From positions 1-26,374 of IMG/VR virus record IMGVR_UViG_3300020045_000166: a DNA stretch of 26,374 nt, one strand, 5' to 3'. The stretch's first letter is position 1. The number at the start of each line of letters is the position of its first letter. Made by a program: the position numbers and the translations under genes. This document shows, piece by piece, positions 1 through 10,000 of this stretch. A model generated the notes under the pieces. It ran no database searches and had not been told where the DNA came from. It worked only from the letters and a program-made list of their open reading frames with translations. This stretch comes from a virus. Taxonomy: Duplodnaviria; Caudoviricetes.

Positions 1-882
1 AGTTATCGCAAGTTCATCAATGAAAACAAGTATGAATTCAAAGGAGGAAAGCCTGTACTCCCCGAATCGTATGTAACTGCACTTGAACTACCTGCTGAAG
101 ATCATGCTGCAATGGTCGCTGCTGTTGCACCATTTATTGATAGTGCTATTTCAAAGACTGTTAATGTTCCTGCCGAGTACCCTTACAAGGAATTCAGTGA
201 TTTGTATATGCAAGCATGGAAGAGCGGGCTAAAGGGGATTACAACGTATCGTCCTAATGCTACTCTAGGTAGTGTTCTGTCAGTAAGTGAAGATCAGGAA
301 CTTGAAGAAGATGACCCTTATACAAAGAAGTTCGAGAATCGCCCTCTAGGTGCTTTGCATGGTACTACTACTAAACTTGAATACTTTACTTATGAAGGTA
401 AGAAGAGTATTTACTTGACTGTTAATTACATTGAAGTTGAAGGTGTAGTTAAAGGTAAGAAGGTTACAGTAAAGCGACCTATTGAATTTTTTGTACCAAG
501 TAGCCAGCAAACTACAGACCAGCAATGGGTTAGTGCAAATATGCGACTACTTAGTATGGTTGCTCGATCAGGAGGCTCTGTAGAGAAAGCACTATCTAGT
601 ATGCAGGAAGTGACTTGGGATAAAGGGCCGGTACGATGTGGAACCTTCACGGCAAGTGACGGTAAGGTTAAGCCCAAGTTCCATGATAGCGAAGTTGCTG
701 CAATTTCATACGCATTGCTCGATATTATCGAAGGTAACTCTGTCCAAGAGGTGGAATCTACTGAAGATACTCAGCCAATTGCGGTTGGTAAGAAGTGCAA
801 CGAATGCGGGGCTAATGCTGTACAGAAGGTTGATGGTTGTGAGCGTTGCCTTGAATGCGGAGCAATCGGCAGTTGTGGTTAA
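1..882 (+). CDS. nrdJ: Class II (adenosylcobalamin-dependent) ribonucleotide reductase, C-terminal part (5' truncated by window)
   Basis: Frame 1 is open from base 1. RNR motifs FIDSAISKTVN and AWKSGLKGITTYRPN, a TSCPD-like region (RPIEFF...SMVARSG...HDSEVA) and a C-terminal CNECG..DGCERCLECGAIGSCG Cys cluster typical of proteobacterial NrdJ. Confidence 0.9.
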   Translation, partial: SYRKFINENKYEFKGGKPVLPESYVTALELPAEDHAAMVAAVAPFIDSAISKTVNVPAEYPYKEFSDLYMQAWKSGLKGITTYRPNATLGSVLSVSEDQELEEDDPYTKKFENRPLGALHGTTTKLEYFTYEGKKSIYLTVNYIEVEGVVKGKKVTVKRPIEFFVPSSQQTTDQQWVSANMRLLSMVARSGGSVEKALSSMQEVTWDKGPVRCGTFTASDGKVKPKFHDSEVAAISYALLDIIEGNSVQEVESTEDTQPIAVGKKCNECGANAVQKVDGCERCLECGAIGSCG

Positions 883-897
883 ACTTTAGATAGACAA

Positions 898-919
898 AAC
901 CCTAGGAAATCCTAGGGTT
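898..919. terminator. Hairpin between nrdJ and the HNH gene (terminator or 5'-UTR stem)
   Basis: aaccctagga-aa-tcctagggtt, a 10-bp inverted repeat; followed by a short T run only on the - strand. Confidence 0.5.
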
Positions 920-927
920 AATAGAAA

Positions 928-1515
928 ATGAGGATTATGAAAACAGAAATTAAATTTGAATATTTAAACGATTATTTTATTTACGACGGAACCTCCCCAT
1001 CTTGTTTGCGTTGGAGGGTAGACAAAGGTAGAGGAAGATATAAACGGTTTGCAGGAGATATTGCTGGCTCTTTGAAAACATACAAGAATTACAGCAGATG
1101 GGTTGTTGAAGTTAATGATGTAAAATACAAGGCACACAGGGTGGTGTATAGTCTAAGCAAACGAGTAGACATCCCTCCAGAGATGGAAATTGACCATATT
1201 GACGGCAATCCTTGTAATAACAAAATTGAAAACTTACGATTAGTAAGTCACCTGCACAATTGCAGAAATAAAAGAGCAACTAAGTTGCCAAAAAGTAAAG
1301 TAATGGGCATTTGCAAAAGGGGAAATGAATTTTATTATATACAGTGGAAAGAGTACGATAAAGATTTAAACTTTAAAGTTAAGACAAAATACTTTAGTAT
1401 AAAAACAATGGGAGAGGATGCTGCGTTAAATGCTGCTATTAAATTTCGAGAAGAAAATGTCGCTAGACTTAATTCTTTAGGGTATGGTTTTACGGAAAGA
1501 CACAATAAGATGTAA
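928..1515 (+). CDS. HNH homing endonuclease (HNH_3 type) with AP2-like C-terminal DNA-binding domain
   Basis: KAHRVVY...EIDHIDGNPCNNKIENLRLVS..N motif; N-terminal YDGTSPSCLRW; C-terminal KYFSIKTMGEDAALNAAIKFRE. The start may be the ATG at 937. Confidence 0.9.
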   Translation: MRIMKTEIKFEYLNDYFIYDGTSPSCLRWRVDKGRGRYKRFAGDIAGSLKTYKNYSRWVVEVNDVKYKAHRVVYSLSKRVDIPPEMEIDHIDGNPCNNKIENLRLVSHLHNCRNKRATKLPKSKVMGICKRGNEFYYIQWKEYDKDLNFKVKTKYFSIKTMGEDAALNAAIKFREENVARLNSLGYGFTERHNKM

Positions 1516-1548
1516 AAATACCCCCAAGAAATTTCTTGGGGGTATTTT
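1515..1548. terminator. Bidirectional intrinsic terminator between convergent transcription units
   Basis: Perfect 34-bp palindrome aaaatacccccaagaaa|tttcttgggggtatttt with A and T tracts on either side, between the convergent HNH and endolysin genes. Confidence 0.9.
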
Positions 1549-1565
1549 ATTTCAAATTGTATTAT

Positions 1566-2057
1566 TCAAGGGTTCAATATTACTAAAGCCTCCACTGCTC
1601 TCCGTCTAGTTAATCCAGTCATCACTTTTCCGCCAGCACGATTCCACTTCATGCATTGCTCAGATGCAGCAATCCAATCCTTAGAATCAACCTTCTTTTT
1701 AAAGGTACTCGACTCGTAGTTACCGATACCAAGGTTATATACCCAAGAAAGCACAGCAGCTACCCTAGAAGGATGTTCTGTAACTAAGATTGGAGATACT
1801 CCAAGTAAGTTCTCTAAGAAGCCTTGTAGCACTGCTTGCTTAGTTTCTACAGCATATTGCCGAGTCCATACTTCACCTTCCTTTACGGGAGTACCATCAG
1901 CATGGAATGTACTCCCAAAACCAATTGTGAAAGGCTTCCCACCAGTGGCAGGATCAGGGTAGGCTTGGCAATCACCATTGGGCAACTTCTTTGCATACCC
2001 CTCAAAGGGTATGAGGAACTCCTTGGCACAAATATCAAGGATTTCTTGCGTATCCAT
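1566..2057 (-). CDS. Endolysin, GH24 (phage lysozyme) muramidase
   Basis: FEG...AYPDPATGGKPFTIGFGST (E/D/T triad), AVLSWVYNLGIGN, KWNRAGGKVMTGLTRRRAVE. Start trimmed to the ATG at 2057 to avoid overlap with the upstream gene. Confidence 0.92.
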   Translation of the reverse strand: MDTQEILDICAKEFLIPFEGYAKKLPNGDCQAYPDPATGGKPFTIGFGSTFHADGTPVKEGEVWTRQYAVETKQAVLQGFLENLLGVSPILVTEHPSRVAAVLSWVYNLGIGNYESSTFKKKVDSKDWIAASEQCMKWNRAGGKVMTGLTRRRAVEALVILNP

Positions 2058-2061
2058 AGAA

Positions 2062-2289
2062 TTACTTCTTGAATACACCAGAGGAATTAAAGACTTCAAC
2101 AAGCACCTTTACTACTTTTTCAATACTAGGCCAATATTGACTTACATTCTCAGAGGTTACTTCAAGGATACCTCGTACAGCAGCAAGTTTCTTTTCACCA
2201 CTACCTTGACCGGGAATAGCATCTTCAATTGCTTTCATAATCTCAATGATAACTGGAATTAGTTTAGCAATCATGATAATCTTATCCAT
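2062..2289 (-). CDS. Small lysis-region protein (possible holin/antiholin)
   Basis: 75 aa, amphipathic, G..G.EKK...V motif seen in small phage holin-like proteins; AGGAG RBS; directly upstream of the endolysin. Confidence 0.55.
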   Translation of the reverse strand: MDKIIMIAKLIPVIIEIMKAIEDAIPGQGSGEKKLAAVRGILEVTSENVSQYWPSIEKVVKVLVEVFNSSGVFKK

Positions 2290-2299
2290 TTGAATCTCC

Positions 2300-2539
2300 T
2301 TAAAAATTGCAGGTATCTTTGATAGATACCTTATCTAGTTTAATAAATCCTGCATTAGTAATACCTTGATTACTACAATCTACGATTAAATCATTTTCTG
2401 TACATGTACTAAAAGTAGGTTCAACTTTCACTACGCAAGTAATACCAGAAGAACCTACTTTTATTGTATGACTACAAGAAACTAAAATACTAACTATTGT
2501 AATTATTAGAATTAGTTTCAGAGTAGAAAGCATTATCAT
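2300..2539 (-). CDS. Lipoprotein, candidate o-spanin (Rz1-like)
   Basis: Hydrophobic signal LKLILIITIVSILVS|C with a lipobox-like Cys; Cys-rich mature part; overlaps the upstream gene out of frame. Start is uncertain (2539 or 2533). Confidence 0.55.
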   Translation of the reverse strand: MIMLSTLKLILIITIVSILVSCSHTIKVGSSGITCVVKVEPTFSTCTENDLIVDCSNQGITNAGFIKLDKVSIKDTCNF

Positions 2540-2822
2540 TCTTAGGTTTAGATTCCTCAATTTCCTTTACAGGAATACCTACCTTCTCTGAAGTAGTCAT
2601 CGTTAGTACAGTATTAACTACAGCAAGGATACCTCCAGCAATTGCATTAGCTGTTTCTAAATCAATAGGGATAGCATAGCCGAAGGCACTGACAAGGTTA
2701 ATAATAGCAAGGATTACACCAGCAAGAACTGTTACTGTAATCTGCCTATTCTTCCACATGGCTGGATCAACTACGCATTGACCTTGCTTAAATAAATTCC
2801 ATAGAGCTTTGATCTTATCCAT
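2490..2822 (-). CDS. Putative holin (two transmembrane segments, charged C-terminal tail)
   Basis: Hydrophobic stretches ITVTVLAGVILAIINLVSAFG and AIAGGILAVVNTVLTMTT; lysis-cassette position; GGAG RBS. Confidence 0.65.
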   Translation of the reverse strand: MDKIKALWNLFKQGQCVVDPAMWKNRQITVTVLAGVILAIINLVSAFGYAIPIDLETANAIAGGILAVVNTVLTMTTSEKVGIPVKEIEESKPKNDNAFYSETNSNNYNS

Positions 2823-2823
2823 A

Positions 2824-3321
2824 TTACTCCTCTACCTTTACAACAAAAGAAGGTGGAAGGTATTGACTCTTGAATTGACAACCGTCACAGAATCTCGATT
2901 CGTCTTGCTGAAGTCTAATTTCTAGGTTGTGCACTCTGTCTTTCATCTTAAGTAGTTCCTCAAGAAGATTAGCAATCCTAATATCTCTCTCAGCAATGAT
3001 TTGATCTTTCTGGTCTAGTTTAATCTTCAAAGCCATTACTGTACTCTCGTACCCTTCTAATTGTTCTACCTTATGCCTTAGTTCAAATATCTGTTCCTGT
3101 TGAGCATTCCTTGCAATATACATAGCATCAAGTTCTACTCTTTGTTTTTGTACAAGTTCAGACAATTGACTATAAAGCATACCTTGTGCTGATGTTTCTT
3201 TACTCCAGTTCCAGAATTTGACAATGAAGGGGATAATCACTAGAATGATTATTACTAAAATACTTCCTAATCCACCGAGGGGGGTCGTTGATGCAATAAC
3301 AGCAGCAGTGGTTGGTTCCAT
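2824..3321 (-). CDS. Membrane-anchored coiled-coil protein (candidate i-spanin or lysis regulator)
   Basis: One N-terminal TM helix (GSILVIIILVIIPFIV) followed by a long heptad coiled coil; AGGAG RBS; first gene of the lysis cluster. Confidence 0.55.
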   Translation of the reverse strand: MEPTTAAVIASTTPLGGLGSILVIIILVIIPFIVKFWNWSKETSAQGMLYSQLSELVQKQRVELDAMYIARNAQQEQIFELRHKVEQLEGYESTVMALKIKLDQKDQIIAERDIRIANLLEELLKMKDRVHNLEIRLQQDESRFCDGCQFKSQYLPPSFVVKVEE

Positions 3322-3334
3322 GCTATCTCCTTTA

Positions 3335-3760
3335 TTATTTTAGTTTTAAGGCTTCTTCTAGGAGTTTGTCAGCATCTAACTTGTGAGGATTAGTAATTCC
3401 AAGTGCTTCACCACATGCTTCATAACACACCCAATGATCTTTATTATGCCCAACAGGAACAATAAATCTTAATATATTCCTGTAATCATAACTCTTTCCT
3501 TCATGCCGGATAAACCATGAAAGTGCTTTATCTTTAATAATAGGGTTATCTGTAAGTTGGAATACATCCCATTTTCCAGAATCAAGATCAATTACTTTTT
3601 TTCTAACCCCTTTATCCCTCGCACTAGAACTCCAACACACTCCATCAATCAATAACTCCGAATGACTGTATTTACTCCAAGTCCAGAGTTTAGTAGCAAA
3701 ATGACCAATGGAATGCAGGAGGTCTGATGGCGGTCCTTTATATAAAGCCAAGGATAACAT
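3335..3760 (-). CDS. Permuted papain-like (NlpC/P60-superfamily, YiiX-like) peptidase/amidase
   Basis: YSHSEL (His first), GKSYD, then WVCYE (Cys last) gives the permuted catalytic order; GGAGG RBS before the ATG at 3760. Confidence 0.65.
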   Translation of the reverse strand: MLSLALYKGPPSDLLHSIGHFATKLWTWSKYSHSELLIDGVCWSSSARDKGVRKKVIDLDSGKWDVFQLTDNPIIKDKALSWFIRHEGKSYDYRNILRFIVPVGHNKDHWVCYEACGEALGITNPHKLDADKLLEEALKLK

Positions 3761-3775
3761 ACAAACCTCCATTAT

Positions 3776-4309
3776 TTAAAGATCAAGATAGCATAAAGGC
3801 CATCCAGTGTAAATGCTAATACTTTCAGGGTCAGTGGCGTTCAGAATCTGATTATTCAGGCTTTCAGCAAATGCAAAAATAGCACTATCGGATAAGGCTG
3901 CTGATTGGAAGATACCATTTGCTATAGACTGATTCATCTCAACAAATGATCCATCCATAGTTTTCCACATCAATCCTTGCGGAATACTTGCACCCATAAT
4001 AACTAAACCAAGTTGCTGAGAACGACTAAATGTATCTGAGTGATACCACTTACCAGAGAAGTTATAACCCCCTTGATGAGTACGTCTATCTCTCTCAGCT
4101 TTGATTAACTCCCAAGTATTTTCATAGTTGAAAGGTTCTTTTGGAGGGGTAAAATCCGATGAGTTATACTCTGAAACGACACCATCTGAACCATAGATTA
4201 CAAAAGGCATAATACAATCATCTGCGTTATAATGCTCTAGGTCAATTACAACATTAGAGAATGGTCCGTATTTACCTTTTGAAGTTACTAGTTGTTTCAT
4301 GTTTTGCAT
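3776..4309 (-). CDS. DUF4376-like tail-fibre-associated protein
   Basis: IKAERDRR..GG...GKWYHSDTFSRSQ...WKTMDGSFVEM pattern; immediately downstream of the receptor-binding protein. Confidence 0.75.
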   Translation of the reverse strand: MQNMKQLVTSKGKYGPFSNVVIDLEHYNADDCIMPFVIYGSDGVVSEYNSSDFTPPKEPFNYENTWELIKAERDRRTHQGGYNFSGKWYHSDTFSRSQQLGLVIMGASIPQGLMWKTMDGSFVEMNQSIANGIFQSAALSDSAIFAFAESLNNQILNATDPESISIYTGWPLCYLDL

Positions 4310-6082
4310 TTATGGTAATCCGATCCGTACAAGTTTATTGGCTGTGGTTACAGTGCTATCTGGTAAGTAAGTTGTCCAAGCAGCCTGACCGTTGTTACTA
4401 ACAGCAGTAAAACGATAAGCAAAGGTTGTTGGTGGAACGGTTACATAGTCTACACTACCGTTATTATAATAACTCAAAGACCTATTTGTTCCTGTAGGGA
4501 TATCTGTTGTGGTAGATGCAATTTTTGTACCGTTAACTAGACCATTACAGTTAGTATTAGCAGGCAGTCCAAATCTATCAACAAGTCCAACAATCGGTAC
4601 TTTAATTGTGTCAAGCGGTATTGTGTTGGCAACGTGTTCTATTTTAACAGACGTACCTGAAATCGTCACTAATGCTCTGCCAAGTCCTCCTGCACCTATG
4701 ATTGTAAAACCAGATGCAGAGGGAACTACGCCACCAGACGGCCCGGCACTCGTAGACGCAGAGGGTGTTCCTGCTGAATCAGTTAATACATAGAAAGATG
4801 TTGGCGAAGAACCTGTGCTATTATGCGCTACAAGGACTTGATCCCCTGATTTGAAGATTGCGCTATGACCACCAGAGGATGGGGCGCCCATACTCACCGT
4901 AGATGACCAAGATGCTACGGTTCCAGTTATCGTGCACATTGCAGCGAGACTTGCCCCGTTACTCCCTACGAAGTATCTACCTCCAGATAATTTACCACCA
5001 ATTCGATAGGCCATTGATCCTGAAGTTAAAACAACAGTAGCCTCAGTCCCAACTGAAAGAGAAGTACCAGATACAGTATAAGGCGTGGCGTACACTGTGG
5101 TGCCTGCATTATCCGAGAAAGTTACAAGTAAACTCGCAGAGTGTTCCTCAAGAATTGCCGGGTATGTACTAGCACCTGTGATAGCAGTCTCTGCTCCTAG
5201 AGTTACTGTACTTCCACTAATAGTCATTGCACGAAGACCCTTGACGTTTGTAGCTCTACCATAGGATATGATATAACTTGTACCCACTGGGATAAACGCG
5301 CCAAGAGCACCTGAAAGATTACCAGCAAGGGTGGCTGTAGCAGGCGTACCTACGGTACAAGTTTCACCTGAGATTGTGATGCCGACCGCTTCAAATGCTG
5401 TGGATGTACTTGTACAACTTGCAACTATTACAGTGTTTGCATCAACAACACACGCTAGTGTTTGGATTGCGGAGGTAGCCCTATAAGAAGCAATTGCACC
5501 AAGCACTTTAGTATTTCTGTTGTATACTGCACAATGCCCGTTGCGGAAATCAATAAACTCCCGATTAGCATCTAGGTTAAATACCCGCATCAGGATGCCG
5601 ATGACAGCCCCGTTTGCCATTGTTGCAGTTGTTTCAAATTCAACTTCAATAGGGGAGTCAATAATTGGACTAGCACCCAACACAGTCCAATTTACTATAT
5701 CTAGGGCGGGGTCAGTAGTCCCTGCACCTGCAATAATTCTGCGATGTGTTTGAAAATCAGTGGGTGAAATAGCATTCTCACCTAAAGCATAAGATTGCCC
5801 TGACACCCACATAGCAGCGCTAGCCGTAAGGGCAGCAGCATCAGCAGAGGCATCAGCAAGCACAGCACTTGCCGCAGCTTCGGCAGCTTTAGTTGTACTC
5901 GTACTTGCGCTACTTGCACTTTCCACTGCATTATCGTAAGAGTTGTCAGCAAGGGCAAGCATTTCAGTTGGATAAGTAGTATCCATGTGCACTGCCCAAT
6001 TGTATGCCTTAGTATTAAAGGTGGCATCACCCATTGCTGGGAAATCAGGTACTGCACTTGGAGGTGTTGGTGCAATTGGCAT
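4310..6082 (-). CDS. Tail fibre / receptor-binding protein (Ala-rich stalk, CBM-like module, beta-repeat head)
   Basis: Ala/Ser-rich helical N-terminal region, WVSGQSY...NW module, repeated TISG.T..G units; position after the tape measure and tail-tip genes. Confidence 0.75.
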   Translation of the reverse strand: MPIAPTPPSAVPDFPAMGDATFNTKAYNWAVHMDTTYPTEMLALADNSYDNAVESASSASTSTTKAAEAAASAVLADASADAAALTASAAMWVSGQSYALGENAISPTDFQTHRRIIAGAGTTDPALDIVNWTVLGASPIIDSPIEVEFETTATMANGAVIGILMRVFNLDANREFIDFRNGHCAVYNRNTKVLGAIASYRATSAIQTLACVVDANTVIVASCTSTSTAFEAVGITISGETCTVGTPATATLAGNLSGALGAFIPVGTSYIISYGRATNVKGLRAMTISGSTVTLGAETAITGASTYPAILEEHSASLLVTFSDNAGTTVYATPYTVSGTSLSVGTEATVVLTSGSMAYRIGGKLSGGRYFVGSNGASLAAMCTITGTVASWSSTVSMGAPSSGGHSAIFKSGDQVLVAHNSTGSSPTSFYVLTDSAGTPSASTSAGPSGGVVPSASGFTIIGAGGLGRALVTISGTSVKIEHVANTIPLDTIKVPIVGLVDRFGLPANTNCNGLVNGTKIASTTTDIPTGTNRSLSYYNNGSVDYVTVPPTTFAYRFTAVSNNGQAAWTTYLPDSTVTTANKLVRIGLP

Positions 6083-6113
6083 TAGTTACCTCTCTCTAAT
6101 TTAAATAATTTCA

Positions 6114-7028
6114 TCAAATCAATCCCTTTACATTAATGGATATCTTACAATGTGATGGTCCTTCATAAGAGACACTTGCAGAACCTAGACCAAAAACTTG
6201 TAGTCCTGAATACTGAGAATCATTGGTAGCTACCCAAGTTACAGGTATATCCAAAACATCTTGAACAATTTTAAGTGCATTATTAACTTCAGATAATGCA
6301 ACAACAACCTCTGCCCTCATACCTGTTGCTTTATGCCCTCGAATAATTCTAGTAGTACCAAACTCATCAGTAGTAATTCTACTGTAAGTTACAGGTTCAG
6401 CAGACGAGCCATATTGCGTACCACCAAATTCAATAGCTAATGAAGATTTATATCCAATACTCATCATTCCACAAGCGACTGGACTGCTTACTGCGTTTGA
6501 GATAACAACTGTTAATTCAGCAGTTGGTCTTAGAGGGATATCAGTGATTACTAACTTATCTCTCTGTTTGCTAGGTCTAAATAGATACTCATACAATCCA
6601 ACAGCTTGTTCATATAAGGAGTATGTCTGAGTAAATACAGTAGCACCTCCCGGAGCATCCTTGACTGTAACCTGCATGGAACTACCAACTAAACCAAAGA
6701 ATGCAATAGAGTCAAAGAACCCCGGAGATAATACATAGGTTACAGAGGTTACTGAAGTTGATGCTGTGTTTACATAAGTATCAAATGCAGCCCATTTATT
6801 AGTTGGTCCTGCATCCTCCCAGTACAATGGATCATTCTCAGGTAGTGCAGTTCTCCCTGTATGTGCTTGTATGCATTCATAAATGCGGTGAGTAGTAGTT
6901 CTTATCCTCTGGTCTAACAAGGCATAGGTGCCGCCTGACACCCAAGATGTTTCCCCGGTGTCAGGCTCTGCAATCGTACTACTATCAAGCATTGCATCTG
7001 TTATTACTATTGGTGTTATAATATGCAT
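6114..7028 (-). CDS. Minor tail (distal tail / tail-tip) protein with CBM5/12-like insert
   Basis: Directly follows the tape measure gene; WVSGGTY...YECIQAHTG...P.YW module; C-terminal YSRITTDEFGTT region. Confidence 0.7.
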   Translation of the reverse strand: MHIITPIVITDAMLDSSTIAEPDTGETSWVSGGTYALLDQRIRTTTHRIYECIQAHTGRTALPENDPLYWEDAGPTNKWAAFDTYVNTASTSVTSVTYVLSPGFFDSIAFFGLVGSSMQVTVKDAPGGATVFTQTYSLYEQAVGLYEYLFRPSKQRDKLVITDIPLRPTAELTVVISNAVSSPVACGMMSIGYKSSLAIEFGGTQYGSSAEPVTYSRITTDEFGTTRIIRGHKATGMRAEVVVALSEVNNALKIVQDVLDIPVTWVATNDSQYSGLQVFGLGSASVSYEGPSHCKISINVKGLI

Positions 7029-7045
7029 GCTTTTCCTTACTTTAA

Positions 7046-10000
7046 TTAACCAATTACAACAACCATAGGAGCCTCCCCTTGACCGTTAGTAGCATCAGCA
7101 GTTCTACGAGAACTAGATTGGATGTTAGAAAGAATTTGCTTGAGGATAACAACCTCAGTCTTCAGTTCCCCAACAGTTTCATTTAAACTACGATTCTCTT
7201 GTACTAACTCATCAATCGGAGTAAGCCCTGTCATATCAGGTAATGTTTCACCTAAGATGTAAGCCGTTTCCTCTAGAGCACCTGCTACTTGTGCTTGGTA
7301 TCTAATTAACTCTAGACTTGATCCAAACTCACCAGAGGCACCCGCAAGGAGAGAATTACTGTATCCAACTAAATCCTTTGCAGCTTCTTGACTTCCTGAT
7401 CTAGCACGTTCCACTGCATCATAGAATTGATACTCCAAAGCCTTGTAACCTACACTAGAATTCTCAGCAGTCACTGAACGAATCCTCTTAACTTCATTTA
7501 GGAGACTATCTGTAACTTCTTTCCATGCAGCAGCAAACTGACCACTTACTTTAGAGAAACCTTCGATAGCACCCTTCGAGTCCTCAATAGCCTTGATCTG
7601 GTCATATAGTTCTCTATTGCTTTCATGTAGGGCGTTACGTTCTAGTTCTCGGAGAGCAGTAGTATTCCCCTGAAGTTCAAGCAATTGCTTCTCTAATCCA
7701 GAACGTTCATTAGCAATATCCTTGACTAGTCTAAGAGCCTCAACTTGGTCATATAGAGCACGATTAGTTTCAAATAAAGCATTGCGCTCCATATCTCTAA
7801 GCGCTACAGTATCACCTTGAAGTTCTAGTAGTTGCTTCTCTAGGCCAAGTCTTTCATTGCTGATAGCAGTAGCATCTTCAATTGCCCAGATTTGTTGCTG
7901 TAATGCTCTATTACTTTCACTTAAGGTTAATAACTCAAGCCTGCGCAACTCAACAGTATTACCTTGCAACTCTAGTAGTTTTCGTTCAAGACTAGAACGT
8001 TCCTCAAGGGCCTTGTTTGCTGTGTTATCAACAGTTTCAGATTTACTTGATCCACCTGAAGTCTTAGTAGATGCTGGTGTAAATGGTTTAAACTTAATAC
8101 TACTAATACCACCAACAATACCACTGATCCCTGTAGAAATACCTTTCATTGCAAGTTGCACAGCAGGGTCAGCTAACACAGCCCCTAGAGCCTGCATTGT
8201 TGCTTGAGCCTGAAGTACCACAGAGTTGATTGAAGCTGAACTAACAGCGTTTGCAACGCTTTGACCGGCAAGCACTGCTGTTACCATTGGTTGGATAATA
8301 CCAGTAATAAATGTATCAGTTATCTGTGTTGCATAACTACTAACTAAAGCATTATATACTCCACCTACAATAACTTCTGATAACTTCTCACCGACTTCAG
8401 ATTCACTCATCCTTCCAAGCATACCATCAGTAATGATACTGACGATAGAGTTAAAGGAGATTCCAGCGATATCTTTAGATGCTTCACCAACAGCTACCCC
8501 CGCGTCCTCAAGAACTTTTATTTGATCCTTTAATGAAGCATTGTAATCAAATATAGCCACTTGAGCAGAATCCATACCTGCTGTGTCTATAGCACGTAAG
8601 TCTCCACCTTGTAATTCAACTAATCTACGTTCGAGAGATTTACTTTCACTTGTCAAAGAACTTGTTACACTCTTTGCATTCTGTAATACCTCTACCTGTT
8701 GACGCAAGGCTTCGTTGTAATCATAGGCAGCAATCTCTGCTGCGGAGTAACCTTGAATATCTAATGCACGAATGTCCCCGCCTTGTAATTCAAGAATTTG
8801 TCTTTGTAGACTTGTTCTATCGTTAAGTAAGTTATTCATTATTTCATTCAAGTCAGATACAGTCTCTCCAGTAGCATCAACAACTGCACCTAGTGCTGCT
8901 GTAACATTAGAGAATGCAGGAGCAATCTGCAACAGACCTGCAACAGTTTGACTATCCCCTGCTGCACTAGCAGCTTCAACTAAAGCCCTGAAGTTCTCTT
9001 TAGTGGTATTAGAAACCAACTTGGAGAATGCCTCTGATACATTAGTAAACGCGCCTGCTGAGTCCATCTTTGATAGCGCAGATTGAACAGACTTACTACT
9101 TGCTGTAAACTTTTCACCTTCTGTATAGAAAGTATCAAAATAACCAGCAAGAGCTTGTTTTGCATTATCAGCACCACCTAGGGAAGTAATCAGACTTGCA
9201 GATAGCGCATTGACCGACAGACCCATATTGTTAAATGTCTCAGCAAGACTAGCCATATTATTTAAGCCAGATAATGCAGAAGCAAGTTCTTCAGCAGAGG
9301 CAGTCAACGGATCAATTGATACGAGAATAGAATCAGCCCAATCAGCTAAATCAAGTTCCTTTAAAGCACCTATAGTAATACGATTAACTTCAGCAACTAA
9401 GCCTGCTTGCAACGCGGCATCATCTCTACCTAAGTCCCTATCTGTTGATAAGTATTTACCATTAACCATTGACTTGATTCGATTACTTGCTGTACCACTA
9501 GGATCAGTATCATACCCTAGAGCAATACTTTGAATACTTGAAGCGTTACCTCCTAGCATTGCTGCTAGTGAACCAATACCTTGCATAACAGGAGCAAGTA
9601 ACTGCTGTACTTGAGTATTAGCAGTATTTGGAGTGTATAATCCCGGATCAGATAAAGCACCTTGGAGATTGTATGCAGCATCACCACCTGATTTAGGACC
9701 ACCTTTTGAACCCGTAAATGAATCAATAAGTTGGTACGCAACCATTGCTGCACCAGCCCAAGGAGCAAACTTTGCTATTGTACTTCCAAGGGCTGCAATA
9801 GAAGACGATAAGCCGCCAACAGAAGAAGCCATCCCTACACCCATTTGCCCCCATTGCATGCCCATACCAAGGGAAGATAATGAAGACATACCAGTGGCTG
9901 CACCTAGACTAGATAAACCACTCCCAAGCATGTTAGTCAACCCTAGTCCAGAACCTGCTGTAGAGAATATATTACTGAGTGTGTTTGTTACCCCTGTAGG

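Noticed and set aside
883-927. Possible third RNA motif copy upstream of the + strand HNH gene (AGATAG-AC-AAAA-hairpin)
   Set aside because: No P1 partner, no P2, no CGAAAAGG and no pseudoknot partner; at most a degenerate remnant, more simply a plain hairpin.
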